From NCBI GenBank assembly GCA_963700285.1, contig CAVOXA010000014.1:672001-736000 (forward strand): DNA of 64,000 nt, written 5' to 3'. Position 1 is the first letter of the stretch. Each line of letters starts with the position of its first letter. Under the pieces are notes generated by a model. The model saw only the letters and a list, made by a program, of their open reading frames with translations, searched no databases and was not told the DNA's origin. Positions 11,590-23,618 of the stretch are shown one piece after another. This DNA comes from an uncultured Chloroflexia bacterium. GTDB lineage: Bacteria > Chloroflexota > Anaerolineae > JAAYZQ01. A program made the position numbers and the translations under genes.

Positions 11590-12170
11590 ACCGTCCTCAA
11601 GGCACCGGAGTGTCTTTCCGAAGCCATGGCTTCCCATTCATGACGCAGCAGGCCATAGAGGAGCATGTCATGACGCTTACCATCCCGTTGCAGGCGTTCG
11701 CGGAATACCCCCTCCCGCCGAAAGCCTACCCTGTCGACCAGGGCCAGGGAGCGCTGGTTGTAGCTGAATACCGTGACCTGGACCCGGTGCAGGTTCAACT
11801 CGTCAAAGGCATAGCGCAGGGCGAGCTGCGTGGCTTCGTAGCCATATCCCTTACCCCGGTTGGCCCGCTCGCCAAAACCCAGGCCCATGCCACAGACGCC
11901 GTGCTGCCAGTCGACGCCATCCAACTCCAGATAGCCCAACAGAGCATCGCCTTCCAGGGAACGCACCGCAAAAAGAAACGTGCTCTTGTCCTCCGCGGCC
12001 GCGGCCAGCCACTTGCCGAGTTCGGCCTCGGTCATGGGGTAGGCTGGCCGTGAATCGTAGAGCCGCAAAAAGCCAGCATCCTCATACCAGCCGGCAAGAG
12101 CCGGCAGGTCATCCTCTGTCAAGGACGTCAGCCGGGTATTCCTACCGCGGAACAGGTTCATGGATATCAC
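11586..12170 (-). CDS. GNAT (RimJ/RimL-like) N-acetyltransferase
   Basis: RGKGYGYEA, ELNLHRV, NQRS...GFRREG. Confidence 0.85.
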   Translation of the reverse strand: MISMNLFRGRNTRLTSLTEDDLPALAGWYEDAGFLRLYDSRPAYPMTEAELGKWLAAAAEDKSTFLFAVRSLEGDALLGYLELDGVDWQHGVCGMGLGFGERANRGKGYGYEATQLALRYAFDELNLHRVQVTVFSYNQRSLALVDRVGFRREGVFRERLQRDGKRHDMLLYGLLRHEWEAMASERHSGALRTV

Positions 12171-13624
12171 GATGTCCTCACGTGCTGTGATCCGTTGGCT
12201 GCCCGGGCACGGGCGTACGCGGCCAATGTCCGTTCTCGCGCCCAGGCATGGTCAACGATGGGTACTGGATAATCCTGACCGATGAGACAGCCCGCCTTGC
12301 GCTGATCCCCAAGCGCCATCTCCCATGGAGAGTGGATGTAGCGACGGGGCACGCGCTCCAGTTCTGGCACCCATGTTCGTACATAAGCGCCCTCTGGGTC
12401 GTGCCTCTTCCCTTGCAGGACTGGATTGAAGATACGAAAGTAGGGCGCAGCATCTGTCCCAGTACCGGCGCTCCACTGCCAGCCCCCATTGTTGGCGGCC
12501 GGATCGCCGTCCACCAGATGTTGCATGAAGAACCGTTCTCCCCACCGCCAGTCTATCAGCAGATCCTTCACCAGAAAGGAGGCGACGATCATGCGCGCCC
12601 GGTTGTGCATCCAACCCGTTTGGACCATCTGGCGCATCGCGGCATCCACCACGGGACAGCCGCTGCGCCCTTCGCACCAGACTCTGAATGCCTCCTCATC
12701 GTTCGCCCATTGGATACCACGGAGGTTGGGGCGATAACTCTGCTCCAAGACGGCAGGATAGTGGTGCAGGTTCGACATATAGAACTCGCGCCAGATCAGC
12801 TCGGTGAGCCAGGTCTCAGCCCCTTTTCGGCTTGCCGTACTGGCCATGCCACTCGGAACAGCTTCGACAGCCTCAAATGCGTGGGCAATTGCCTGTCGGG
12901 CAGACAACATGCCAAAGCGTAGGTATGGCGACAGCTGCGAGGTACCCGCTTGATCAAGGCGGTTGCGGGTTTCAGAATATGACTCTATGCCGAGACCGTC
13001 AGAGTCTATGAAGCGCTCCAGTCGCTGTTTGGCGGTCTTCTCTCCAGGGACAAACAGGGCATTCGGGCCGAGTGATGGCGCTTCAGGGATCGGGTAGCTG
13101 TCCAAACTGGGTACTGCAGGCAGGCGCTCCGGAGCGGCAAAAAGATCCCGTATCCGCGGCAGAGGCAATGACCGCCACGTCCGGCTGAAGGGCGTGAATA
13201 CTGTGTAAGGCGTCCCATCCCGCTTGTGTACCATCGCAGGTGGGTGTAGGGTCAGGCCACCGCTCAATTGGAGCGGCAGTACCTGGGCCACCCGAGCATC
13301 CCTTGCGCGGCCGTAAGGCCAACAGTCCTCCTCAGCATGGATGGATTCGGCCCGGGTTTCACCAAGCAGGCAAGAAAGCTGCTCCAGCGGATGGCCGTAG
13401 CGAACAATGAGACGACTGCCCCTGGCTCGCAGGCCGGTGTCGAGCCTACGCAGACCCTCCAGCATGAACGCCACGCGCTTGTCCCCGGCATCGCCCGCCT
13501 GGAGTAGAACAGGGTCCAGGACAAAGACCGGGATTACCCGTGCTGCCCTCTCCAGCGCAGCAGCCAACGCCTGATTGTCCGTCAGCCGCTGATCGCGCCT
13601 GACCCACCACAAGGCTGTACTCAC
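12167..13624 (-). CDS. phrB: Class I CPD photolyase (canonical)
   Basis: TSQLSPYLRFG, ELIWREFY, HNRARM, DGDPAANNGGWQW, TDAAPYFRIFNP; substrate-pocket and Trp-triad residues present. Confidence 0.95.
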   Translation of the reverse strand: MSTALWWVRRDQRLTDNQALAAALERAARVIPVFVLDPVLLQAGDAGDKRVAFMLEGLRRLDTGLRARGSRLIVRYGHPLEQLSCLLGETRAESIHAEEDCWPYGRARDARVAQVLPLQLSGGLTLHPPAMVHKRDGTPYTVFTPFSRTWRSLPLPRIRDLFAAPERLPAVPSLDSYPIPEAPSLGPNALFVPGEKTAKQRLERFIDSDGLGIESYSETRNRLDQAGTSQLSPYLRFGMLSARQAIAHAFEAVEAVPSGMASTASRKGAETWLTELIWREFYMSNLHHYPAVLEQSYRPNLRGIQWANDEEAFRVWCEGRSGCPVVDAAMRQMVQTGWMHNRARMIVASFLVKDLLIDWRWGERFFMQHLVDGDPAANNGGWQWSAGTGTDAAPYFRIFNPVLQGKRHDPEGAYVRTWVPELERVPRRYIHSPWEMALGDQRKAGCLIGQDYPVPIVDHAWARERTLAAYARARAANGSQHVRTS

Positions 13625-13665
13625 CGAACCCTCACCCGATCCCTGCCTGAGGACGAACCCTGCAA

Positions 13666-14610
13666 CTAGACTTCATCGAGTTCAGCAATGGCATCGCAGA
13701 TCACCTGGGCGCTGGCTTGCAGATCGGTTTTTTCCCCCCGAGATAGCGGCAGTGGGAAACTGGCCAGAACCCCCTCACCTCCGACCAGATGGGGCAGGGA
13801 CACCGTCACATCACAAACATCGAGCACCTCAACCTTGGGCGTACAGACCGTCAAGATCGATCGCTGGTCGCGCAGGACGGTCTGCACGATGCGCGCCAGG
13901 GCGGCGCCAATGCCATAATAGGTCGCCCCCTTGCCCTCGATGATCTCGTAGGCGGCGTCTCGAACGCGATGTTCGATCTCTTCCCGGACACACGTCCCCA
14001 TGTCGATGCCATGCTGCCGAGAGAATTCGGACAGTGGCATGCCACCCACCGTAACCAGCGACCAGGTGAGCACTTCGGAATCACCGTGCTCGCCAATGAC
14101 ATAAGCGTGAACGTGCTGCGAATCCACGCCCAGCTCTCGGCCCAACAGAACCCTGAACCGAGCCGTGTCCAGTGTGGTGCCAGAACCCAGGACCCGGCCG
14201 GGTGGAAGTCCCAGCTCGCCCGCGTACCGGGCAGTCAGGTGAGTCATGATGTCCACAGGGTTGGTGGCCACCACAAGAACAGCCCCGGGCGCATGGGCCA
14301 CCACCGCCGGGACGACCTGCCGGAAGATGGCTGCATTGCGCTCGAGCAGTTGTAGACGCGACTCACCCGGCCGCTGCCCGACACCTGCTGTCAAAATCAC
14401 CACGCGGCTGCCGGCCAGATCGGGATAGTCGCCGGCCCGGATACGAAGAGAATGGGCAAAAGGCATGGCGTGAAAAATGTCATCCGCCTCAGCTTCGGCC
14501 CGTTTTCTGTTCTTGTCAACCAGCACAATCTCGCTTCCGACACCGCGCATGACCATGGCATACGCGGCCGTCGAACCAACCATACCGGAACCAACAATGC
14601 CGACTTTCAC
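13666..14610 (-). CDS. ldh: L-lactate dehydrogenase
   Basis: [46 protein letters not shown]. Confidence 0.93.
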   Translation of the reverse strand: MKVGIVGSGMVGSTAAYAMVMRGVGSEIVLVDKNRKRAEAEADDIFHAMPFAHSLRIRAGDYPDLAGSRVVILTAGVGQRPGESRLQLLERNAAIFRQVVPAVVAHAPGAVLVVATNPVDIMTHLTARYAGELGLPPGRVLGSGTTLDTARFRVLLGRELGVDSQHVHAYVIGEHGDSEVLTWSLVTVGGMPLSEFSRQHGIDMGTCVREEIEHRVRDAAYEIIEGKGATYYGIGAALARIVQTVLRDQRSILTVCTPKVEVLDVCDVTVSLPHLVGGEGVLASFPLPLSRGEKTDLQASAQVICDAIAELDEV

Positions 14611-14728
14611 GAAACACTCCTCTACAGAGGCATTGACGACTACCCCACGACAAGGATCTGTCATATTCTTTCCACGCTCCCGGCCCGAGCCAACCGAAAG
14701 AGTCCAGGAGTGAGAAACCACAGATGTG

Positions 14729-14756
14729 ATTATACCGCGATGTCGAGAGTTTTCAA
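14729..14756 (-). promoter_or_regulatory. Sigma70-type promoter for ldh-phrB operon
   Basis: TTGAAA-16bp-TATAAT on minus strand. Confidence 0.6.
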
Positions 14757-14858
14757 GTGCCTCCGTCTCTCCATGCCATTAATGTCCCGTTAGAAACATG
14801 ACGTCCGGAACAGCCCCCATCTACCAAGTCCGCTGCTCTTGCGGCGCGAGAGCCAGAT

Positions 14859-15920
14859 TCACAATCCGCACCTTCCTTCTTGGTCTTTATCAAAGAGATA
14901 GTGTGAGACCAGGTATTCCCGCCCTACCCTGTAGATTCCAGACCTCACCGCAGATCAGAAAGAAAAGCCGCCAATTGGCCAGCCACAGGGTCTCATTCTC
15001 GGCGCCGTAGGTCTCGGCCAGGATCCGGCGTACCTGGGTCTCGTTGCGGTCCAGCTTGTCCAGCCAGGCGCGGAGCGTGCGCGCATAGTGGCATGCCGTC
15101 CACGCACCAGTGGTCAACCAGGTGCAGGTCGCGCTGGAAGTAGAGGAGCAGGTCGTCGGAAGGCATGGTGCCGCCGGTGAAGAAGGTTTGGGCCATCCAG
15201 TCCTTTGGATTACTGGCGTCGAACTCGTAGGCGAATTCACGATGGCTAAAGATGTGCACGAACAGCATGCCCGCCGGCTTGAGCCAGGAGGCGATGTGGG
15301 CCATGAGCCGTTCATAGTTCTTCATGTGCTCAAACATCTCGATGGACAGGACACGGTCGAAGCGACGCGCGGTGTCAAACTCGGCCACATCTGCGGTGAT
15401 GAGCCTCGATGTTGGTATAGCCCGCGCTCACGGCACTGCGTTTGGATGAACTCCCGCTGGGTACGCGAGTTGGAGACGGCCATCACCCGGCAGTTGGGGT
15501 ACTGCTCGGCGATCCACAGGCTGAGCGAGCCCCAGCCACAACCCAGGTCCAGCACCTCCATCCCGTCCTCCAGCCGGGCGCGCTCGACAGGTCAGGCGCA
15601 GCATCGCGTCCTCTGCTTCGTCCAGGGTGGTGTTCCCGTCGGGCCAATAGCAGCAGCTGTACTTCAGCCGGTTGCCCAGCACAGTGCGAAAAGAACTCGG
15701 AAGGCACTTCGTAGTGCTGGCGGTTGGGGTCGTCCGTGTGAATGGCGATGGGGCTTTGTCGGAGCTTTTCGATCAGCGCTTGCTTTTCGGCAGTACGTTC
15801 TTCAAGACTGGCCCTGTATCGTTGCTGCAGCGTTCGCGCCAGGCTGCGGCGGACGACCGCGCGAATCAGCCAGTCCGGCACCCGATTGGTTTGGGCCAGC
15901 CGCATGTACCACAGAGGCAT
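14859..15920 (-). CDS. SAM-dependent methyltransferase, cyclopropane-fatty-acyl synthase family, split by indels
   Basis: [45 protein letters not shown] in successive frames. Confidence 0.85.
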
Positions 15921-15921
15921 G

Positions 15922-18191
15922 CTATACACCCTCCAGATCGAACTCTGGCGCTCCCACGGTCACGATACCCAGATAGCCGTCGACGGTAACAAACTCCCCA
16001 TCCTCCAAGAGCTCGACAGCATGGGAGACTGCCGTTGACACAGGGAATGCCCAAGCTCGCGGGCGATGATGGCACCGTGGATGAGCATACCGCCGCGCCG
16101 CTCGACGATGGCACAAGCCAAGGGCACCAGGTGGGTCATCGTCGGCTGGATGGCATCGCAGACCAACACTTCGCCCGCCCGAAAGCGGCCCAGATCCTGG
16201 GCATCGCGCACCCTGCGCACCTGGCCCGTGGCCAGACCAGGGGCAGCAGGCTGCCCGACAAGCTGGCGCGGGCTCTCGCCTGAGGTGCCAGGGACTGTCT
16301 GGCTCCTCGGCTCGTGGTTCGGGTAGGATCACCAGCGCTGGTGAGGGATCACGCAACGCCTCGGCGAGCGCGGATGCGGCTTCAACACTGATTTGTGCAC
16401 CTGGCTGCAGACGACCCTCCGCACGCAGTCGTTCGGCCGCCAACTCCAAGGCGCGCAGGAGCTGGCTTTCCAGCCGGCCGATCAGCAGGTTGTCGTCATC
16501 GCGCAACCGCCAGCTCAGCCGGCCGATGGCCAGCACCTCCATCGCCTCTTCTCGTCGCTCTGGACCTGCCTGCTGCCAGGAAGCGTACTTTCCAAGGCCT
16601 CGACGGTGCGCCCTGCCGGGACCTCCACACCGGCCACTGTACTCCCCATCGCAGCCACCTGGGGCCTCTTTGCCATTTCAAGGATGTTCCGGCGCCAAAG
16701 TGTCAGGGCGCTCAGAAAGACGCTCACCTCCATAGGCTACGTCCATGAGCTCGCTCTGTAGTTCTTCGAGGGCCCGGAGAAATGTCGCACCGCCAGTTAT
16801 GGACCTGCATCCGGCGCACCATCTCCGACCAGTCCGCATCGAGAGAATGCTTGAGCGCGTCACCCAGGACCTCATTTGCCTGCACGCGCTCTGCCAGCGC
16901 CTGAAGGGCTTGGTTGCGCCGGAGGGCGACCATCCGCTGCCCCTGGAGCAGGCCCACGAACTCGTACGGATCGTCTGGCCTGACCAGCATCGTTGTAGTA
17001 GATCCCAAGTTGGCGTACGCCGTGGGCAAAGGGGATAAAGTCCTCTAGGTAGATCTGCCGCCATTCGTGTCAGAGACTGCACTGCGCTCCTCGATGGCAG
17101 CAGCCAGTGCCTGGTCGTCAAGCACTTCTATTGCCTCAGCCGCAAACCGCCTACCCAGCTGCTCCAGCTCGGGAATGAGTTCCTCGACCACTCGCCCCGC
17201 CAGGGCACTCAAACGCCGCATACCCGGTCGCAGCGAGAGATACCAGTCCCGCTGATCGCTTTCCTGCGGGACCGCTGTGGTGATGGGCCTCGCTTGCAGC
17301 AGGGTGAACTGCTCTCCCCGACCCGTCCATTCGGTATCAGGCGGCCACTGGAAGAGGGCTTCGACCTGTTGCAGCGTCTGATGCAAGGTCTTCAGGTCTG
17401 CTAACTCCAGGATCGGCGTTCCCGCCTTCTCGCCCTCGCGCTCGCCGGGCCGCCATTCGATCACCGTGCCAGAGTTCCGGTCCAGGATCCAGCGATCGGG
17501 ATCGACCAGGCCGTCCACCAGGTCGCCGCATGGGCCCGGTACTGCCTCAACGATGGCATGGTTGCGGCCTGGTTCCCTGGGATCGCGTCCAAAGGCCACA
17601 CCGGAGCGGTCTTCGTCGACCATCTCCTGGACGACGACTGCCATGCGGCTGAGGTCCGGATCCAGGGCCAGTTCCTGGCGGTAGAGCAAGCGCCGCATCC
17701 GACCAGAGGGAAGCCCACACGACGCGGAGTGCATCGAGCACGGCATCTGTGCCGACAACGCCGACGACCGATTCGTGCAAACCGGCAAACGAGCGATTGG
17801 CCGAGTCCTCTCCCAGGCGCAGACGACCGGACAGCCAGTCGGTCTTGCAGACCCAAGCTTCTCGACGGCTGCCTCAATAGCTCTGGACCAGTGCTGAAGG
17901 GACTGCGCTACGCCAGAAAGGCCGAGCGGATGCGCAGAGCCACGTCCCAGATCTCCTCCCAGCGCATCGACTCAAATGGCTTGCGACCCAGTTCCATCCG
18001 GATCAGGCGGGCCAGTTCTTGATTTTCCAGAAAATACTCGTAGGCATTCGTCGTGACGAAAAAGCCATCGGGCACGCGAAAACCGGCCTGGGCAAGCTGG
18101 GCCAGCTTGGCTGGCCTTGCCGCCGATCAGGCGCTCGTCACACTCTGCAGCCTCTTTGAGAGGGACTACCCATCTGACCGCTGGGACCCAC
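15922..18191 (-). CDS. PEP-utilising enzyme with rifampin-phosphotransferase-like domain order (ATP-grasp N-terminal, phospho-His domain C-terminal), many indels
   Basis: LIGGKA, LAVRSSA, MAVVVQEMV..SGVAF, LLQARPITT, GGMLIHGAIIARELG; GGAGG 7 nt before GTG 18191. Confidence 0.75.
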
Positions 18192-18680
18192 TGGCGCACC
18201 TCCTGGAAACGTGTGACGTGCAGGAAACCGGACCGCATCTACCCGGAACAAGGCCGTCGACGGGGACTCGACGAAGGACTTCAGATAGGGGTGGCGTGCC
18301 GTCAGCAACCAGACCCATTCCTCGTACTCTGGTCCCGTCTCCAACTGTTCCGCCCTCCCTGTGATGGTGACCGCCCCGACCTTCATCAGATCCCCAGGGT
18401 ACTTGCCTCGGTTGTCAACCACCAGGGCCACCCGGTCGCACTGGGAGAGCAGGCGGAACTTTCTTGTGGCCCTTGGTGTGGCGAATACGAAAGACTTCAG
18501 GTCGGGGCTAAAGGCATAGGCAACTACCGAGCCGTAGGGTTGTCCATCACCCTGGGTGCAGAGCACGGCAAAGGCCTCTTCCGCGACAAGGACGCGGATG
18601 CACTCAGCCACCGTCCGCTCGGAGAACTCTGCGGCCAGCGATGCGTCCAATTCGGGTCCCAAAACCGGTTCGTCTTGCAT
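18166..18680 (-). CDS. Pyridoxamine 5'-phosphate oxidase-like FMN-binding protein
   Basis: FAVLCTQGDGQPYGSVVAY...FATPRATRKF...VALVVDNR; SD AGGAGG before MQDEP; end approximate because of indels. Confidence 0.75.
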
Positions 18681-18700
18681 GATACTTTCCTCCTGGAGAA

Positions 18701-19544
18701 TCAACGACTCCACGACCGTACGAGGTTCGCGAGTCGATAGAGGCCTATGCCGAGTCATCGCCGCCCACAGGGGCAGGAAGGCGACTACACCCGATGACCC
18801 ATACCACCAGGCGAAGAGCAGAGCAGTTAGCAGAGCAAGGATCTGGGCCGCCTGGACACGTCGAGGATTCAACGGCTCGCGAGTCGCGTCCCCCACGGTG
18901 TGCACTTCACGAGAGGTGGCGATCACGACCGAGAACAAGCCTGCCAGCGCCACCGATGAAACCACGACCAGCAATGTAGGTCCGCTCTCTATGGCATACC
19001 CCCCCAAAAAGAAGGGTAAGACGATGGTGGCAACAAGAGCCAGAGCCGAAATGAACAGATGGTAGCCAAGTGGAGGCGATAACAAGCCATCGAGCAGAAA
19101 CGCGACGGCCGTCACCAGGCCAGCCATCCAGTAGCCCTGCCAGGTCAGCCAGAGCCCCAGGCCAAGGACCGCCAGCGAGTCCAGGGGTCTAGCAGGCAGC
19201 CCCACCGTGCGGTTCACCAGACGGAGCGCCAGCAATAGCCAGAGGACCACCAGGAGGGACGGTGGGCCAACGAACAGCAAGGCGATGAGTACCAGGCCCG
19301 CCCCCACAAAGGCCGCCAGGTCGTGGTCGGGATCAAGCTCCCGGCCCAAGGCCCAAGTCAAGAATAGGACAAGACCTATCTCAATGCCCCACAGGGCGCT
19401 TTCGAGAAGCGCTGCGCCTGAGAGAAGGTGAAAGACCGCCCCAGCGATTGCCACGACTAGGGTCAGGGCAGCGATGGCGAGATTCGTCGGATAGCGGGGG
19501 TCCATGGGAGTGCGCCCCAACGCCGTGATGTCGGTCAACTTCAT
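18701..19544 (-). CDS. Multi-pass membrane protein, hypothetical
   Basis: Highly hydrophobic with WALGRELDPD motif; true stop inferred at 18701 after one indel. Confidence 0.6.
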
Positions 19545-19548
19545 CGTA

Positions 19549-20001
19549 CTACCTTGCCTGAAGTGCGACGGTAAGAGAGTCTCCCTTCACCGGCGCAAAG
19601 GGTCCCTCTGTTCGCCATAGGACCTGGCCCCGGCGATCCAGGAGGAGCACATGGATGTCGTCCTCGTGGGGCAACTGGAGGGCCTTCCGAAAGGCAGTCT
19701 TGTCCAGGTAGAGCGTAATGGTGCGCTCGCGGGCCACTGGGTCGGGAATACCAGCGCGCATCCCCTCGTTGATGAAGGTGCGGGCCAGTCGGCTCCGCTT
19801 CTCGATGGTAGGCAGCTCGTAGTAGCGCAGCTCTGGCTGACTCTCCTCGAGCTGCCTGGCGAAGGGGATCCAGGAATCCACCTGGCCCTGCTGCCACTGC
19901 TGGAAAGCGATGAAGACCAGGTTCCACTCACCTTCAAAGGCGTCTGGCAGACTGAGGCTCTTGCCCTGCAGGTTTGAACCAGTCACTACCGGGAACTGCA
20001 T
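19549..20001 (-). CDS. Hypothetical thioredoxin-like-fold protein (ATP10-like)
   Basis: MQFPVVTGSNL...LVFIAFQQWQQGQVDSWIP...FINEGMRAGIP; SD GGAGG. Confidence 0.65.
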   Translation of the reverse strand: MQFPVVTGSNLQGKSLSLPDAFEGEWNLVFIAFQQWQQGQVDSWIPFARQLEESQPELRYYELPTIEKRSRLARTFINEGMRAGIPDPVARERTITLYLDKTAFRKALQLPHEDDIHVLLLDRRGQVLWRTEGPFAPVKGDSLTVALQAR

Positions 20002-20023
20002 GTCTTGATCCTCCAAAATCGGG

Positions 20024-20699
20024 CTAGAAACCACGGCGCTGCCCCTCCCATGGCGGCTCAGCGCCAGCCCTGAATTCTTCGACACTGGGTCCCTGGAGGC
20101 TGCGAAGGCGCCAGGTTCCGTAGAGATAGCTGACAATCAGCAGGACAATGGTCACTGGCCAGCCGCTCAGGACCTGAACAACAGCCGAGCTGACTGGCCT
20201 GCTCGCTCTGAAACAGGTTAAACTGGAGCAGAAGCCGGAGTCCAAAAACCAGAACCCACAGCCAGGTAACCTCGCTGTAGGCTGGACGCACCCTCGGATG
20301 CCAGTACCAATCCAGCGGCCAGCGACGGGCGACATAGCTCGTCCAGGCCACGATGGGTCGCCTGATAAGAACGCTAACCAGGCAGAGGAGAAAGGTCAAT
20401 CCACCGGTGATGATGCCGGGCAGGAAAAACCCCTCGGATCTGCCCAGGAGCTGCGCGACCAAAGCTGCTACGGCTACACCGCCAGCACCACCAAGGGCGT
20501 ACAGCAGAGATTGGCGTTTGAACAGACGGTAGATGGCGATGACAATGGCCAGGCCAAGCGAAGACCAGATGGCAACCTGCATGCCCCAAATGGCATTGAG
20601 CAACACAAAAAAGAGAGGGGGCAGGAGTGAATCCAAAAAGCTGCTACGACCGGCCAGCACCATACGTAGTTCTTCGACTATCTCACGCAGTTTGTCCAT
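20024..20699 (-). CDS. DUF3159-like membrane protein (copy A, one indel)
   Basis: Co-linear paralog of 37668-38342; [11 protein letters not shown]. Confidence 0.7.
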
Positions 20700-20860
20700 T
20701 CCTCCGCCACTCCATGTCTAGCTGTGAACGCAGTATACCTCAAGAATCACGCATCACCAAGAATGCTGGCGCATTTGTGTATCAACCAGCAACGTGGGCG
20801 AGTATGCAACTTGGATTGCGCACCTTTCTACCTGTAACAGTGTTTCTATACCAACCCGGG

Positions 20861-21694
20861 CTGATGTCCAACGCCGCACCAGGTGAGATCGCGATCCGTC
20901 ACGGTCTCCACGGCCTGACCTTGTCGGTAGTCTCGGCCTGTGCCTCGGGTACATACGCCATCGGCGAGGCAACTAGGCTCATACGAACAGGTGCGACGCC
21001 TACGGTGATCTGCGGTGGCAGTGATGCGGGCATGCATCCCCTGGCGCTGGCCGCTTTTGGCAACATGCAGGCCGTTTCGCGCCGAAATGACGAACCCGAG
21101 CGGGCCAGCCGGCCCTTTGATGCCGATCGAGATGGTTTTGTGCTCGGCGAGGGCACCGGCGTGCTCATCCTGGAGAGCTTGACTCAGGCACGGAAGCGCG
21201 GGGCGCGCATCTACGCCGAGGTAGCTGGCCATGGCGCCAGCACAGACGCCTTTCACATCACCAGCCCCGACGAGGAGGGGGTAGGTGCAGCTCTGTCGAT
21301 GGAGCGGGCCCTGAACGATGCGGGACTTGGCCCGGCGGGCATTGACTATATCAATGCCCATGGCACCAGCACGCCTCTCAACGACGTGGTCGAGACCCGC
21401 GCCATTCACAAGGTTTTTGGCGAACATGCCTATCGCATACCTGTCAGCTCGACCAAGTCGATGATCGGGCATCTCCTGGGCGCAGCCGGCGCCGTCGAGG
21501 CAATTGCCTGTATCAAGTCCCTGGAAACAGGGATCATCCATCCTACCATCAACTATGAAACTCCCGACCCGGACTGCGACCTGGACTACGTGCCCAACCA
21601 GGCACGAGAGACACACCCCCGCACCGCCCTGTCCAACTCGTTCGGCTTTGGGGGGCACAACGGGTCAATCATCTTCAAAGCCTGGGAGGGCTAG
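20861..21694 (+). pseudogene. fabF: 5'-truncated beta-ketoacyl-ACP synthase II
   Basis: Homology to copy B begins at LMSNAAPG; the first ~137 codons and start are missing. Confidence 0.8.
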
Positions 21695-21751
21695 CGGCGA
21701 ACCGACCTGAGCCTGGGCCGGCTGGTCCAGGCGTCACATACCCCTGTCCAG

Positions 21752-21925
21752 TCAGACAGCGGCCGGATCGGAGACATCGGCCTCAAACAGGTCGGATGTC
21801 CACTCGGCGAGTTGGCTCGTGTGGCGGCCCATGGCCAGAACGCGCCAACCCCCATCACTCAATTGGGCAACCAGCGCCCGGCCAATGCCGCCGCCTGCGC
21901 CCCAGATCATCGCCTTTTTTGCCAC
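21752..21925 (-). pseudogene. N-terminal remnant of SDR oxidoreductase (57 codons)
   Basis: MAKKAMIWGAGGGIGRAL...DLFEADVSDPAAV*; paralog of 47128-47763, cut at the deletion junction. Confidence 0.8.
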
Positions 21926-22021
21926 GATTCCTCTCCTTGCTCTCGCACTTTTCGGTTTACGGAAGGACCCGAGACGTTTTCGTTGAACAAGGACCCTGTC
22001 TGGTCTGCTGACTCCTGGGCA

Positions 22022-23473
22022 CTAGGGCTTGACCGGTTCCCGAACGTTGCCAAATGACTCGATGGCTCGATCCCGCGCCCAGCCGTGATCCAGGATTGGG
22101 GCTGGATAGTCCAGGCCAATGGCACAAACTGACTCGCGTTGGACATCCGGGGGCATGGTCCATGGCTCGTGAATGTAGCCGACGGGCACGTCGGCCATTT
22201 CCGGTAGCCAACGGCGCACGAACGCGCCATTCGGATCGTACTTGCGGCCCTGCAAGACCGCGTTCAGGATACCGAGATCGGGAGCCGCACCTGTACAGGT
22301 GCCAGCCGCCCGCTGCCAACCGTCGTTGTACACCCGCAGGTCGCCTTCTAGGAGGTGCTGCATGAAGAACCGCTCGCCCCACCGCCAGTCAATCAGCAGG
22401 TCCTTCGCCAGGTTAGAGGCCGGGACCAGGCGTGTCCGGTTGTGGAGCCAACCGGTCTGGGCTAGTTGGCGCATTGCCGCGTCTGCGTGCGGATACCCGG
22501 TGCAACCCTGGCGCCAGGCATCGAAAGCCGCCTGCTAGTTCTCCCAGGGCGTGTGTCGAAATTCGGGGCGGAAGCCCTGCCTCAGAGCCTGGGGAAAATG
22601 AATCTGGATCGAGACGGCGAACTCGCGCCGGATCCGAGCGTCTAGCCACAGCACGGCACCGTGCCGCGCCTCAGAATCCGGGGCGGCATCCATGGCACTG
22701 AGCGCGCTCAGAACGGCCTGGCGAGCGGAGAGCATCCCAAACCTCAGGTATGGGGACAGCCGGGACGTGCCCCCACATCCAGACGGTCACGTAGCTCGTC
22801 ATAGCGGTAGATCGGAGCTGCGCTGGCCGGATGATGGGTCTCACCGCGCCAGTCCACAAAAGCTTGCAGCCGCCGTTGCGCCTCCGCTTCACCCGGCTGG
22901 AAGGGCACGAGAGAAGAGAGCGCAGGATCCCTCGGAATTGGAAAGCTGCCAACATCGGGCAGTGGAGATAGTTGCGTCGGAGGCCGGAGCACGTCGCGCA
23001 CAGGCGGCAGCGTCAGCGCTTTCCATGCCTTGCTAAAGGGGGTGAAGACGGTGCAGGGCTGGCCATCGTCCTGTCGCAGGGCAGCCGGCGAGTGCACAGT
23101 CAGGCCAGCGCTCAAGTACAGGGGCAGGGCTTCGGCAACGCCCACGTCCCGCTCTTGTGCGTAGGAAGAGAAATCCTCCTCAGCAAATATCGCGCTTGCC
23201 CCTGTCCCGCTCATAAGCGCACTCAACTCCGTTCTTGGTTCGCCGCGACGGATAATATGCCGACTGCCTCGAGCACTCGATTCATCGTCCAACCTGCGCA
23301 GACCTGCCAGCAAGAATGCAAGGTGTTTTTCGCTCGAATCGGGTGAGGCCAAGACTTCCCTATCAAGTAAATAAACTGGCACTCTGCGACCTGCATGAGC
23401 CAGCGCAGACGCGAGGGCCTGATCGTCACTCAGGCGCAGATCGACGTACCCACCAAAGTGCAGTCATCGTCAT
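22022..23473 (-). pseudogene. Degenerate photolyase paralog (copy A)
   Basis: Aligns to 47779-49233; indels plus an in-frame TAG at 22535 (GAT in copy B) and eroded motifs (LEGDLRVYND). Confidence 0.8.
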
Positions 23474-23507
23474 GGTACAATCCAGCCTTCTAGGGTCGGA
23501 AGAAAGA

Positions 23508-23618
23508 TCACTCCCGATGGTCCTTTCCGCGGAGTTCAGAAATCGCAGCGATGGTCAGTGGTCCTAGCGTAGCGAGAGTGGCCAACAGACCCAACACAAA
23601 GATAAAGGCATCGCTCAT
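23508..23618 (-). CDS. 36-aa hydrophobic micro-protein (copy A)
   Basis: MSDAFIFVLGLLATLATLGPLTIAAISELRGKDHRE; SD GGAGG, ATGA-coupled, conserved in copy B. Confidence 0.7.
   Translation of the reverse strand: MSDAFIFVLGLLATLATLGPLTIAAISELRGKDHRE

Noticed and set aside
17972-19544. Apparent membrane protein-PNPOx fusion and PNPOx-dikinase fusion
   Set aside because: Each downstream domain has its own SD and start (ATG 18680, GTG 18191), and a single-base correction restores separate genes; the region is full of indels
22535-22537. In-frame TAG as pyrrolysine or readthrough
   Set aside because: The gene has other lesions and degraded motifs, and the paralog has Asp here
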